Positions 22,730 to 34,845 of a stretch of 64,000 bases of DNA are shown here, one piece after another. The stretch lies in the NCBI GenBank assembly GCA_001599295.1, contig BCGN01000005.1:868001-932000 (forward strand). Direction: 5' to 3'. Position 1 is the first letter of the stretch. Each line of letters starts with the position of its first letter. The stretch comes from Sporopachydermia quercuum (Eukaryota). The position numbers were made by a program, and so were the translations under genes. The notes under the pieces were generated by a model, which searched no databases, had not been told where the DNA came from, and saw nothing but the letters and a program-made list of their open reading frames with translations.

Positions 22730-23457
22730 TTCGCTGTATTTATTATAACAGAACTCAAATTATTCNAAGACTAATACAGGCGTACAAGCCGTCCAAAAAT
22801 ATATATTAAAATATATAATCGGTTTACAAAATACTNCTCATTTGTATCATTCGTTATTCAAGTATAATCCATTTAAATCGTTTGTGATGGTAAATATAGT
22901 GTTGGAAATCATATTTTGAGACCTATAATTGAAGATGATATAATCAACAATAATGACAAACCTACTAACTGATTTCTCCTTTCATATGAGGAATTGCCTG
23001 ATGATCTTTGCTTNTGCTGTATTCTTATATTTATCATAATAGTTGTCCTAGTGTTGTTGTCTCAGCGATTGCCTTAGAACTGAGAAAGTAATTTAATTTT
23101 ATTCTTTACTTTTAAAAGGAGGGTTTCTTGTGGGCCTTCATCAATTGTATGTAGTTGGCACTTTCGGGCACTCGTATCACAATATGTAATGAGGTGATAT
23201 TGTATGGTAACTAGCGGTTGCTTAATCGCAATTANCTTGATTCAGTTTCTTGACCTCCCGCTTTTCATTGGCTATTATATTTTTCAGTAAACTTAGCTAA
23301 TGAACTTTATAAGGACGTCTCAGTGGTTACCTTAGCTGATGTGAACATTTACAGCCTGAATTGACCACAATGCTCAAATAGAGTTATGTTTGAATACTGG
23401 AAATAATCTTCTATTAAGTAAATACAAGAGAAATATGAACTAAAGAATAGACTTTAA

Positions 23458-25182
23458 CTATTTGATTTCGTTGACTTGGACATATTCAACAGATTTGTCC
23501 AAATTAGCATCTGATGAAGCACTTATGGATTGAACAGTTTGTCTGGAAACATAGGCTTCCAATTGTTCTTCATTGTCAAATAGTAGTTCTTCGTCTTCTT
23601 CAACTGGTAAAATAAGATTTAGGACAATAATGATCACAGCAGTAACAGCGTAACCTGTTTCCATGACTAAGACTATAGCGTCAAGGAAACCTTGTAACTT
23701 AGTATTTGAACCAGAGTAAGTAAAGAAGAATGAGAACCAGTTAGGAAGAAGAATCGCACCAAAACCTGGAAGTAAACCAGCAGTAAGAATAAATCTATCT
23801 CTCCTAGTGAAAGATGACTTACCGATAATAGCCAAACCAGTAACAGCCACAGAACAGAACAAGAAAGATGTCATGCCACCTAAAACTGGCTTGGGGATAG
23901 CAATCAAGGCAGCAGCAAACTTAGCAACGACACCCATAAGAATGAGGAAGAAGCAGCAGAAATAACCAGCAGCTCTACTGGCACATTTAGTGATAGAAAT
24001 GACTCCATTGTTTTGAGCAAATGTAGAAACAGGAGTCAAAGTAGCCAGACCAGCGAAAATACCTCCCAAACCGTCACATAAAAGACCACCTTGAATTCTA
24101 CTATCAAAATCTTCACCTTCCACTGGAAGTCTGGAGACATCACAAGATGATGTGATATCACCAGCAGCTTCCATAGCAGCAACAAGGTTCATTGCAAGTA
24201 GGGGAAGAACAGCGGGTCCGTAAACAGTTAGTTTGAAGGTATGAACCCAAATAAAAGTTCCTCCTGGTGCTGACCTGATATTAGCATCACTGAAGTAGCC
24301 AGAAGCAGATGCAACAATGCAACCAACTAATAAGCCAAAAATAACAGCACATGACTTCATAATTGGAGCACCCCATTTTTCGCAGAGAATGATAGTAACA
24401 AAAACTAAGAAACCGAGACCAATGAATTTAGATGAACCCCACGGAGCTGCTTGAGGACCACCAACTGAAGGGCAGATTTTTTCTGCACAACCAGAACCAC
24501 CGACAAAATCGGAGAAACCAGAACCAATCAAGGAAAGACCAATAAGTAAAACAAGAGAACCAGTAACCATTGGAGGGAAAAGCTTCTTCAAAATCTTTGC
24601 TGGTAACAAAGAGATACCAACTTCTAAAAGAGAACAAACTGCACCAGTAGCGATAATAGCACCGTATCCATCAGGACAAGGTAAAGGATTCCCACCACTA
24701 TCATATTGACACAATCCATTTTTATACATCAAAGGGAAAGCTTTAGAAGTGACAGTAATAGTACCAAAAGATGTTCCTACAACGGAAATAAGACCAGTAC
24801 CAATTCTATAGTTGGTTTTATAAATAGAAACTCGACAGACTTGAACCGCAGTTACCATACCCGAAACAATTAATGAAACGGAGACCAAATATTGTGTAAT
24901 AACAGGGTCAAGATTGGCACTAGAGCCAATAATCATAGGAGGAGTAATAACACCTGCCAACATTGCCAAAGCATGTTGCAATCCAAGAAGGAAAGCTAGT
25001 AAAATAGGAATTTCATCATCGAGACCAAAAAAGGGCTGAACAAGTGGCTTCTGCTTAACGAATGGAATATTCGGCGTGAAAAGATATTTATAGTTATAGT
25101 CTCCAATTAGGCCCTTCTTGGTTAAAAATCTTCTCTTGAGCCAAGAGCCAAAATTTTCAACTTTTCCATTAATGTTAGCCAT
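23458..25182 (-). CDS. Uric acid/xanthine permease, NAT/NCS2 family (UapA/UapC-like)
   Basis: 574 aa, multiple TM segments. LGLQHALAM in TM1 and the NAT signature STFAQNNGVISITKCASRAAG, as in Aspergillus UapA. Confidence 0.92.
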   Translation of the reverse strand: MANINGKVENFGSWLKRRFLTKKGLIGDYNYKYLFTPNIPFVKQKPLVQPFFGLDDEIPILLAFLLGLQHALAMLAGVITPPMIIGSSANLDPVITQYLVSVSLIVSGMVTAVQVCRVSIYKTNYRIGTGLISVVGTSFGTITVTSKAFPLMYKNGLCQYDSGGNPLPCPDGYGAIIATGAVCSLLEVGISLLPAKILKKLFPPMVTGSLVLLIGLSLIGSGFSDFVGGSGCAEKICPSVGGPQAAPWGSSKFIGLGFLVFVTIILCEKWGAPIMKSCAVIFGLLVGCIVASASGYFSDANIRSAPGGTFIWVHTFKLTVYGPAVLPLLAMNLVAAMEAAGDITSSCDVSRLPVEGEDFDSRIQGGLLCDGLGGIFAGLATLTPVSTFAQNNGVISITKCASRAAGYFCCFFLILMGVVAKFAAALIAIPKPVLGGMTSFLFCSVAVTGLAIIGKSSFTRRDRFILTAGLLPGFGAILLPNWFSFFFTYSGSNTKLQGFLDAIVLVMETGYAVTAVIIIVLNLILPVEEDEELLFDNEEQLEAYVSRQTVQSISASSDANLDKSVEYVQVNEIK

Positions 25183-28100
25183 TATACTTAGTTGGAAATT
25201 CTACAGTAAATGATAATCTTTGTTGTGCCGTTAGTGATGCCGATGTTTATGTTGTTGTCAGTAGATCCTGCATGGGACTGTGGGAAGCCTGACAAGTTGA
25301 ACCTTTCCCAAAAAATATTGAATGCTATGACTAACCAGTAGTTTGCATATATCAAAGCATGGGCACTCGGTTGAACTTGATGATGAGTATTAAAAAATTA
25401 GAGGAAACAGATATTAAAAAGCAAAAAGCTTCCGAAGAAGAAGGCAAAGGAGAGAAGCAAGCAAGACCCTTTTTATAACATTTGAATCATGATAGACTAT
25501 TCAGTGTATGAGTAATTAATTCATTGACAAAGATAAGCGAAATTGCTTCAATAAGTTAATCTTCAGGAAAATAATAACATCGTTTTCTTGTACGAAAGGC
25601 ACAATTTTCTAATTTTGGCTTTTGATAAAGACAAGTCCTTCCGCTTGTTAAAGTATAATTTACTTTTTTTTTTAATAAGCTTGATAAATGTTTAGAAATG
25701 AGAGTAATTTCAGTTTTAATCTCAGATTTTATTAAAAAAGACTTCTTATAAGCTAAATACTAACTCTAATTCATAACCTTATTTGTACTGAAAGAGAGAT
25801 TGAAAAGGAGATTCAGCATCAATTGATAGACTTGATGCTCTTGAGAATTGATACAACTGCCCACTAGAAGATATTCATGATAAATACTCAAACAGAAGCA
25901 AATGCTGGATGTCAGAACTTGTATACGTATTATAAAACACATAACCTAGTTGTGTTCAGACGAACAACCATGAAATGAGTGACGGAATCCACTTCAGCAG
26001 TTAGTTGCTTGACGATCATGATATAGAACCATTCAAATCATGTTTCAAGCAAAATCATTTGCTTGTTGAAAACTCACAACAATCTAATATCAGAAATCAA
26101 AATTCGGTCAATTTGGGAATCACTGCTTATCGCTGATGNTGTTTCAACAAATGGAAGCAATCGAATTTCATATCAAGAAATTACTACATTCAGGTTTCCT
26201 ATCGCAGTGGAAATTAATGAATTTAGCCCCAGTCAAAACAACAATCGCCAAATTAAGGGCATCTATATTTCTCAATCAAAAGAACTATCATAAACACTCA
26301 GAGCAGTAGAAACTCTATTTAATTAGTTTGAATTCTGCAATTTGTGCAATGGAATATTGAACTTCTAGTAAAAATCGTAGTTATGTAATTGCTAAGCAAA
26401 AAAGACCATATGAACCTTATTGGCNTTAAGCCGAATTTAGGCGAGTAAATTGGACAAAATTTAAGGGATTTCTTCTAGTCTACCCTACATAGTTTAAGAT
26501 CATGTTAAACCCTGGTGTTATTACCTATTTGGTATTAAGGTTTATCAATCCAATCCAGTAAATGTAAACCATATACNTATGATATGATANGTGAAAAAAG
26601 AAGACATGATTATATGTGATCTACGAATTATATATCGAACATTCCACAATTAACATTACAAAGTGAATTAATACTATTATATATATACTCATATTCAATT
26701 CNGTATGTTTCCAATTTTTAGCAGATCTAAGTAATTGCAAATTACATGGAGANAAAACTGTTGGTCAATAATTCTCTCATCCCACTCTTTGGGAATAACG
26801 GTAAATGCCGATGATAGGTCACAATCACGATTGCTTATGTACTAAAGAATAATGATTGATCGTCTACTCTTATCAAATTGTCTTTTATTGGAAATTATGA
26901 AAACTAAGAAAGAAATTTGTGTTGGTAAAACATTTAGAAGCTGACATAGAATGAGAATCTACTCTCAATACGATAAGATCTAAAAGGCCTCATTTAATTC
27001 ATTGAAATTCTGTTTANATATCGAATTTTCAGTATTTGTTGTTCCAATGTTTTTGCTGCAGATAGATTAGAACAGGCCTCTTGATATCCGCAAGTTTCTA
27101 CTTCTTTAAATGTTTGAATCGTCATTTGCATCTGATCAAAGAAGCAANTAATGATCACATCTTGAATCATGATCGTCGGAACCTACCTAGGGTTTTATGA
27201 AACTTTCAATTTTTCTTCTTTCCATCTTAATGTTGCTGAATATTAACTTTCTTTCTATGGAGACAACAGGATTGAACATGTTCTATTACGGCGAATCTTT
27301 TTAGCGTTGATGGTAGATGATCAATAAAGTATGTTAATCCTTATGCTTTGCCTAAATGTTCATGAAAGGCTCGATTTGGTAGATAATTAACAAGTTCATC
27401 ATCTCTTCTGACCATCTCTTGAAATTTCATGTCAAAAGCTTTATATTTTTCTTTTTTACTGAAAAAAAAATGCAGAAGGTAATTGAAGAATTCGTTTGTT
27501 GATTCCGACATGCAGCCGGTAGATGACTTTGACTTATTTCTCTTGATGAACATATTCNAACTATTTNATTTCTAAAGATTCTTGATNAGTTTTAGCGTGA
27601 TTCGTCCTGATCAGAACTTGATTTTTTGAACAATAATGGATCAGAGTAGCTGCTCCTAATCATCAACGCTTTTGCTTCCGATATTTTCAAGTTAAGATAG
27701 CTTCGATAGCTTTCTAATTTACATGATTTATGCTATCAAACTAANTACATTTTGGAGCTACCGCTGGATTTCTTTTCAAATTTCCATACTTTATGGAAAA
27801 GTAAATCTTGATTCTACCTCTAGTTTTGGATCAATAAATCGAGTTCAATATAGTNTTGAGGTCTTGCATACTTTCACCAAGAGCANCAGCACTTCCATAA
27901 ACCAATAAAGTTACTAGTANAGTCCCAAAAAGGAAAGTTAAAGTTTATGTCAAAGAGCCTTAGATGTATTTAAAAATCGAACTTTAATTTAGAGACTGAC
28001 AACCGTTTTTTAAGCATCAAATATAGTGAGTGCCCTTTTTCTTGGATGTGCCTTCCGAAAACAAATCTGAAAAAGAAAATTCATGTTGAAACGAAAAACT

Positions 28101-28686
28101 GGTTAACTATTGATGTTCTTGCGTCTTTTTTCAAATGATTAAAATGGATACATATAACTTTAGATATCTCAATCTTAAGCTTATGAGTTCCGCTATTCGA
28201 TCGGTAATCTTTTCCTGTTAAGAAGNTTAGTACCCCGCGGAAGGACGTTTAGCATTGTCATTTAGTCTTGGCAACTAATCTCTCCTATTGTATCTCTCCA
28301 GAAGCATACAAAACACATACTTAGNTCACAAAGGCCATTCATCCAGTAAGAAATTAGTATTTCTCCAACGTAATACTCACCGATAAGTAGACTTTTCTCA
28401 AAAGTTAGGAACAAATAAAAGAAGTTGAAAACAGTTACCTATTGGATGCTCTCAATTCAACCCTTTACAAAGTTTAGATTAGTATTTTTATCAAAAAAAT
28501 GCATTACGTACATGAGATGAAATTCTTTAAGGCTTGAATAGAAACCTTAACAACTCTTCCATTACAAAAGAGGAAAAACCAGACCGGTATGGGCCTACTG
28601 AAATATCGTAATAGGAAACACATGTTGTGGTTATATATTTTCCTTTTTCGATACTGATAAATATAAGTATATACTATATTATCATC

Positions 28687-28722
28687 TGTATCTATCTATC
28701 TATCTATCTCTCTTTCTCTCTC
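28687..28722. repeat. (TATC)n/(TC)n microsatellite
   Basis: tgtatctatctatctatctatctctctttctctctc is read directly. Confidence 0.75.
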
Positions 28723-29577
28723 TATTATTATATCTATAATAATGAGTGATCTTCTGACGGATAAAAAATCCCTTCTGTAAAGTCATTCTACAAAGGTTTT
28801 GTGATCTTTCTTGCTCGATGAAAACTCTNTTTCCAAGATCTACAGATGTTAGTTCCGACTTAATTTCATCGAATGGTCTGGTAGCAATCTATGAATTCTG
28901 TGTTATTCCAGTAAAATTCTAGGCAGATCAGCCTTCTTCACTTTAAGAAGCAAATATTAACTATTCGAGGGCGTAGACCCTATCAGGCCGACTAATCAAT
29001 TAGAATAATAACCGCTTGTCTACTTAAACATAAAGGAGATATTCTCACTATTTGATTTGTAGTATGCAATCTGAGATACACCTTATCAGGATTACCATAC
29101 TAACTTTTGGATTCGCTCCGCGGCCCAAACTGAAGTTAATCTTCAGTATCCAAGTATACAACTAGTGTATGGCCTAATCATTCAGATTTTCTCTAAATTG
29201 AGTTTTCATTATATTCAAGCTTCAACTTTCCTATATCTCCATACTTGACTACTATTGATCTAAATCAAAAACAAAAGTTGCATTTATATACGGGATATCC
29301 TCGGGTTGTCTTATTTTTCTCCTTTCATTTAAACAAGTATAAATCATACCACACCTATTTCAATGTATATAACGTTATCTAAGAGAGGCATATAACAGTG
29401 CGGAAGCTCACATTTGAAAAAGAGAAATACTTAAAAAAAGTATTCAGTTCTTAATCTCGATTTGATAAGAAATTTCGCTTTTAATTAATGAACTTGAAAA
29501 TCCTCTTGGATGAGATAATCATTTGAGCTAAAGGAGAACACTATCCTACCTACCTATTATTCTACATTTGCGACAAG

Positions 29578-30726
29578 ATGACTGTTGCCAAAACAATCGA
29601 ACAGGTAAGAGTCTCAGCTTTAGAGGGACAAGGGTTTGGAGCTGTTATAACTCTTCCTGATGATATGACAGATCCGTCAAAATTAAATGATGAACAGTTC
29701 AAAGATCTTTATAGAGCAGTACACGAACATTTGGTTGTAATTATCCCTAACCAAGGAGATCTTCCACCTGAGTCTCAACTTAAATTAGCACAAAGATTTG
29801 ATCCTTCAACTGGTTTTAATTATGGTCATGGTAANGAAAATAAGCTTGAGAAGTCAATCCTAAGTAAAGATGGTATATGTATCCCAAGAGTACCACAAGT
29901 TCAATTATTGGGTAGTGGAGATTGGGAGTCACATGAAGGACTTGAAAACTTCCACTTATACCATCCATCACATTTTTCTAAACATAAACACCCATTAGAT
30001 GAAAAAAATNCCAAGGAAAATAATCAAACAAGATTCTTTAGATGGCATATTGATTCAGCTTTCTATGAGAGATGTACACCAGTTGTTACTACATTATTAG
30101 GTATTCATGTACCCTCAGAACAAGAGAAACAAACTGTTACATATTATGATAACCCTGAACAAATGCTGGAAATTACTAAAGGTGCCACTGGATTTGTTGA
30201 CGGATCAGCTGTATTTGATGCATTATCTAAGGAAGATAAAGAACTGGCATTAAATACTATAGTCGTTTATCCTCCACATCCTTATATTTACGTATCAGAA
30301 TGCTCTAGTAGTGATGATGGTCTTGTTATTCATAGTGAAGGTAAAGAATTGCAATTTGATGAATTACCAGCTTGGGAGAAAGACAAATTGAAAAAATTAC
30401 CTTTAGTTTGGACAAACCCTATTACAGGTAAGCATCATTTGCAAGTTCATGGATGGTGTGTGTATCAGTTGATTAGACCTGACGGTGTTTTAGAGTTAGA
30501 AGACGCAAGAAAGGAAATCCATAGATTTATGAGACCTGCCATCAACCCGGAAAATGTATATGCTCACCCATGGAAGAAAGGAGATTTATGCATTTTTTAC
30601 AATCGTGGTGTTTGGCATACTGTCACTGGTGAGTTTGCTCCGCATGAGAAACGTTTAATGCATCAATGTAACGTAGCAGGTAGTTCTGATCCAATCTGCG
30701 TGAAAAAGGAGAGAGAAATGCAATAG
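29578..30726 (+). CDS. xan1: Fe(II)/alpha-ketoglutarate-dependent xanthine dioxygenase (XanA/Xan1, TauD superfamily)
   Basis: 382 aa. XanA-type motifs YGHG, IPRVPQVQLLG, HPSH, TRFFRWHIDSAFY (HxD), PLVWTNPITGKHHLQVH and W..GDLCIFYNRGVWHTVTG...RLMHQCNVA. Confidence 0.85.
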   Translation: MTVAKTIEQVRVSALEGQGFGAVITLPDDMTDPSKLNDEQFKDLYRAVHEHLVVIIPNQGDLPPESQLKLAQRFDPSTGFNYGHGXENKLEKSILSKDGICIPRVPQVQLLGSGDWESHEGLENFHLYHPSHFSKHKHPLDEKNXKENNQTRFFRWHIDSAFYERCTPVVTTLLGIHVPSEQEKQTVTYYDNPEQMLEITKGATGFVDGSAVFDALSKEDKELALNTIVVYPPHPYIYVSECSSSDDGLVIHSEGKELQFDELPAWEKDKLKKLPLVWTNPITGKHHLQVHGWCVYQLIRPDGVLELEDARKEIHRFMRPAINPENVYAHPWKKGDLCIFYNRGVWHTVTGEFAPHEKRLMHQCNVAGSSDPICVKKEREMQ

Positions 30727-32061
30727 ACAAGAGGGAGTAATTAAGTATAGCAATAGCTTAATGGTAAAATGGTTAGTACTCCTTGATAATTGTTCGTTGT
30801 AAAGATCTGTTTCATCCTACAGATATAAGATAGAATTAGTGACAGAGTTATTTAAGCATTCAGCCTTGCAACTATCTATAAATCATAGACCGTAACAAAC
30901 CAGAAATATTGGATGGTTCTTACATACATATAACATGTTCGATAGTTAATCTAATCTTCATTATTTTGATTGTTATTGCCTCGGATATTTAATTTCTTTC
31001 ACCATGTTCATGTTCGACTACTTCATATTTCCATTAGCAAATAAAGTTTAACTATAAAATTTAAAGTTCTCAATTAAGAAACCGTTGAGAAGCTTAATTT
31101 TTCTACTCAAAACTTCTTGTGTATCTGAAGTATTATGGGTTTTAGGATGACTATACAGCCTATCAAATGGTTAGAAGATTGAAAGTTGACAGCAAAATAA
31201 GACTTTAGGCTCAGGTATCAGACAGATATTTCAATATTTGACAGTTTATTTTATTCTATTTCTATTTAGAACCGGCTTCCCAAGACCAATCACCACCCAC
31301 GTATTCGATTAAGTAGATGGAAAAGTTTAAGCATTTACGAGGTACATTAATATGCGTCTAGGATTCATTCCATCAGCAAAACACCAAACAAACCTAATAT
31401 CACATCAATATGAAGCTCAACGATTAATTATAACAAAACGCAAACAGTCTTTCGGGTAGTACCATCTTTTTTTATCAACCGTTTCCTATTATCCTGTTAC
31501 TCTATAATAGAAAAATCAACCATATCTAAGAATTATCCCGAGTATACTATTTTAGTATAAACATGCAGATATCATGCAAGAGTTTATCAGCTGCAGGAAA
31601 GAAGGAAGTTCTGCATGATTATACATAATAAACCACTGTGCAAACCCATTTGAAAAAAAATGATAAAAAAGTAGTCAAATGATAATTTGGCATTCACTTC
31701 TATCTTTCTAGTTATTTTTAATTTGCCTTTCTTTTCTCACTTCTTTCTTTCTAAACAGTTACGAAAGTATAACTAAAAAAGCAAGCAAACTGATTTTTTG
31801 GCAACGTCGTGTGCATATATTCTTCCTCGTTTGAGAGACAACTCGAGCCATTTCAATCCAGAGACTTTCCTAAGAAGAAGCTTATCGTCACAAAGTATCA
31901 AGAGACCTATCGATAACTCTCATTAAAACAACAAACCATTGACTGCCATACGTATCACAATAAATCTAATGAGAAACATGCTATGATTTTGCAGAATTGA
32001 TAGTTTAGTACTTGTACGACGTTTAGATAGGAGTTTCATATTACATCCACTCCCTCTGACC

Positions 32062-33564
32062 ATGGGTGTTTTCTACAAAGCTTCGGGTCATAAAGAAGCT
32101 ATTAGAAGTATTTATAGAAGAATCTTACGGCATTCATATCATCTGAGAGAAGTAATATCATTACCAGAATACAAAGAAATACTCGAAAAGGCGTATAACG
32201 AAGGGAAGTTCCAACAGATAGAGTATAAACTGAAATTTGTACTTGATGCTAAACAAGAATTAACTTCGCTGGCTAACAGAACAACTGTAGTAGGTGATCC
32301 TAGGTACGTTGCCATTACATTAGCTAGAAAATTATTCAAACACGGGAAAAAAATACATTCACCAACAAAGGCTCATGAAAAGGTTGTTGAGGCTGTTCAT
32401 TGGGAAGAAATACTTAGAGGAGCCTATTATCCAGAAACCAATGAACAAAGCGTTGGACTAATCACTCAGCGTTTAGAAAACACANTAATACAAAACGCAA
32501 TACTTGAGTTATCTGAGACGGCAAATAAACAAGTGAATAAAGAATTGCAGCAAAATAATCAACTTTCNAATGTGCCATATTCAGTCTCAGCACGAGAGTT
32601 TCACCCATCCAATTTTGGTGATTCTGTCATCAAATGGAATAAGTATTATCAAGCAAGACAAAACATTTTCAACAAAAGATCGGTAAAACAATGGGAAGAA
32701 CTGGCAGGCCAAAATAACAGTCTCCAGCAACTCATAAGAAGTACAATAGAGAAAAGTCAAAAACTAAAAGCATGCACAACAACTTCCTTGCAAGACTTAG
32801 ATCAAACATACTTATCTCACATNACGTTATCACAAGGTCTGTTTGATAAAGAAAAATCACGGTTTATGCGAAGGTATGACCATGTTCATAAGAAAGTACC
32901 AAGGAAGGTGTCTTTGAAGTTTAATGGTCTTGGTGTTAATAGTTTCTTTTACCTGAGATTTCCATGGAAGATAAGCCAAAGAGTTTCACGTGTGATGCGT
33001 TCAGCTGTTTTGAAGAAACAACTGTTGGTTGATAGAGCAAAATTGAAGAAGAGTTTCATTAAGTATGCTAAAATGGAAGCCCTATGGGAACATCAAATGG
33101 ATAAAATACGGCTGAAAAAGGAGAAGGACTCAAGAANCATTTTTGACTGTGAAAAGGAAAAGGAAAATGATAACGGTCATGGCAACTCAATTTTTGATAA
33201 AACTAGGAATACAAAGCTTCAAGGTGAATACATAAGTGAATGGATGGAACCATACGTAGTCACTAGGAAGGTATTGNCGCAATGCTACGTTGGCTTTGAT
33301 ATTAAACTCAAACAATGGAGAAACGTTTTATTAGTTAGGAGATACTTAGCTCAACAACGTATGGACAAACTTCTAGACCGCGAATGGAAACAGTTTCAGG
33401 AAATTGAAGAAAAATATGACATATACGAATCGGAAACACTAGATTCAAGGAAGGGATCAGATCTTCAAGATCAAATGAAAAGATCGTCTAAAATCGGGAT
33501 TACTCCTCATACTGATTTTATAGGTAGAACGCTACCTGATCTTTTAAAGAAGAGAACCGTTTGA
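32062..33564 (+). CDS. Basic mitochondrial LYR-motif protein, Rrg1-like
   Basis: 500 aa, Lys/Arg-rich. N-terminal H..AIRSIYRRILR (LYR-like) and later FYLRFPWKISQRVSRVMR...AKMEALWE recall fungal Rrg1 homologues. The assignment is tentative. Confidence 0.5.
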   Translation: MGVFYKASGHKEAIRSIYRRILRHSYHLREVISLPEYKEILEKAYNEGKFQQIEYKLKFVLDAKQELTSLANRTTVVGDPRYVAITLARKLFKHGKKIHSPTKAHEKVVEAVHWEEILRGAYYPETNEQSVGLITQRLENTXIQNAILELSETANKQVNKELQQNNQLXNVPYSVSAREFHPSNFGDSVIKWNKYYQARQNIFNKRSVKQWEELAGQNNSLQQLIRSTIEKSQKLKACTTTSLQDLDQTYLSHXTLSQGLFDKEKSRFMRRYDHVHKKVPRKVSLKFNGLGVNSFFYLRFPWKISQRVSRVMRSAVLKKQLLVDRAKLKKSFIKYAKMEALWEHQMDKIRLKKEKDSRXIFDCEKEKENDNGHGNSIFDKTRNTKLQGEYISEWMEPYVVTRKVLXQCYVGFDIKLKQWRNVLLVRRYLAQQRMDKLLDREWKQFQEIEEKYDIYESETLDSRKGSDLQDQMKRSSKIGITPHTDFIGRTLPDLLKKRTV

Positions 33565-33855
33565 ATGAAGAAAGAAAGGATCAAAGGATGAGAAGAAGAG
33601 ATTCTTGTATATAGACATTAAAATATTATTTCATTACTCATTAATAATCATATCATTACATAATCACATACACTTAGCTATTAATGTTCCCTCTACACTC
33701 ATATACTCATACACTCACACAATATATTTACACCTGTATGATTGTTTGTTTCTGGAATTCTTTTGTTTCTTAGCACGTTATCTTACTTATGTGGGAGCTA
33801 GTTGAAAGGTAAATTGAGTATATCGTGCGTTTATATGATCTGCTCTCTTTAGCAT

Positions 33856-34845
33856 TTAAAACCTAGTAGGCTTGTGACCTTCAATAACGTTAATTCCGTC
33901 TTCGTCAGGCATCTCAAAATCAGACTTGCTTTCATTATCCTCGTTAACTTTTTCCACTATATTCAAGCGGGATATATCCTTCTTCAGCTGTTCAATATTA
34001 TTTTTCATGATTGCAGTATTGATGATATTAAGTCCATTGTTATTTTGTTTCTTCTCATCCATTTGTAGGCCATGAAACTTCTCAATTAGTTCTATCAAAT
34101 TATCAGCAGTAACCTTCTCAGGTCCAAACCTTTCAATTATTTCGTCTAGCAAAGAAACTTGTGATTCCCAGAACAATGATCCTACCGGGGCAGTCGTGAT
34201 GTTTTTCCTCGCGATCATGGCTTCTTTTGATAGTTGAGATCTATAGAATGTGGATGCTTGATAACATTCTCGTGAGCAGAATGATGAAAGATAAGTGATT
34301 GGTAGGATCATCGAAGGTTTTCTATACCTTATTTTTAGATTAGGAGTGTTCTGGTAAGAGTTAGTATTTCATAGAAGCAGAGAATCATTACGATGATAGT
34401 AACAAAAAATGATAGTGGAGTAAATGTTTTAGATGTGGTATAGTTCGCTTAAAACTATTTTTCACCAACGAGCCTTTCACCAATAACCGAAAACAACTCC
34501 AATGAATCATTATCAAACCAATCAACCATGCGCCATTTCAAACTAGCTTTAATCAAAATTACCTACCTTGGTGCCTTTGTTGCATATAGGATAACCACAT
34601 AGATGTTCAATGTTTCTCTCAGTAATCACATCATCGTAAGTCTCAGGAGTTAAGAATCTCACTGCGAACTTAAGAAAAGGCCGATCACATCCATCAACAA
34701 GAAATTCAATTATTGACAGTTCTAAAGTTTGGGCTTGCCGTAATGATAAATAATGTGTATCAGAAAATGGTGCTATCTTGGGCCAGAATTTGGCAAGTGG
34801 AGTCAATCCACTTGACCGTTGATCGCTTGGCTGTATGCTTGACAT
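33856..34845 (-). CDS. RTR1: RNA polymerase II CTD phosphatase Rtr1/RPAP2 (2 exons, ~257 aa)
   Basis: Exons 34845-34567 and 34350-33856; intron 34351-34566 (GTAGGT..TACTAAC..CAG) is in frame. Motifs: YDDVITERNIEHLCGYPIC and FCSRECYQASTFYRSQLS. Confidence 0.9.

Noticed and set aside
27341..27553. 70-aa minus-strand ORF in the permease/dioxygenase spacer as a gene or transposon remnant
   Set aside because: No recognisable domain, terminal repeats or LTR ends; it is kept only as part of the ambiguous-base hotspot finding.
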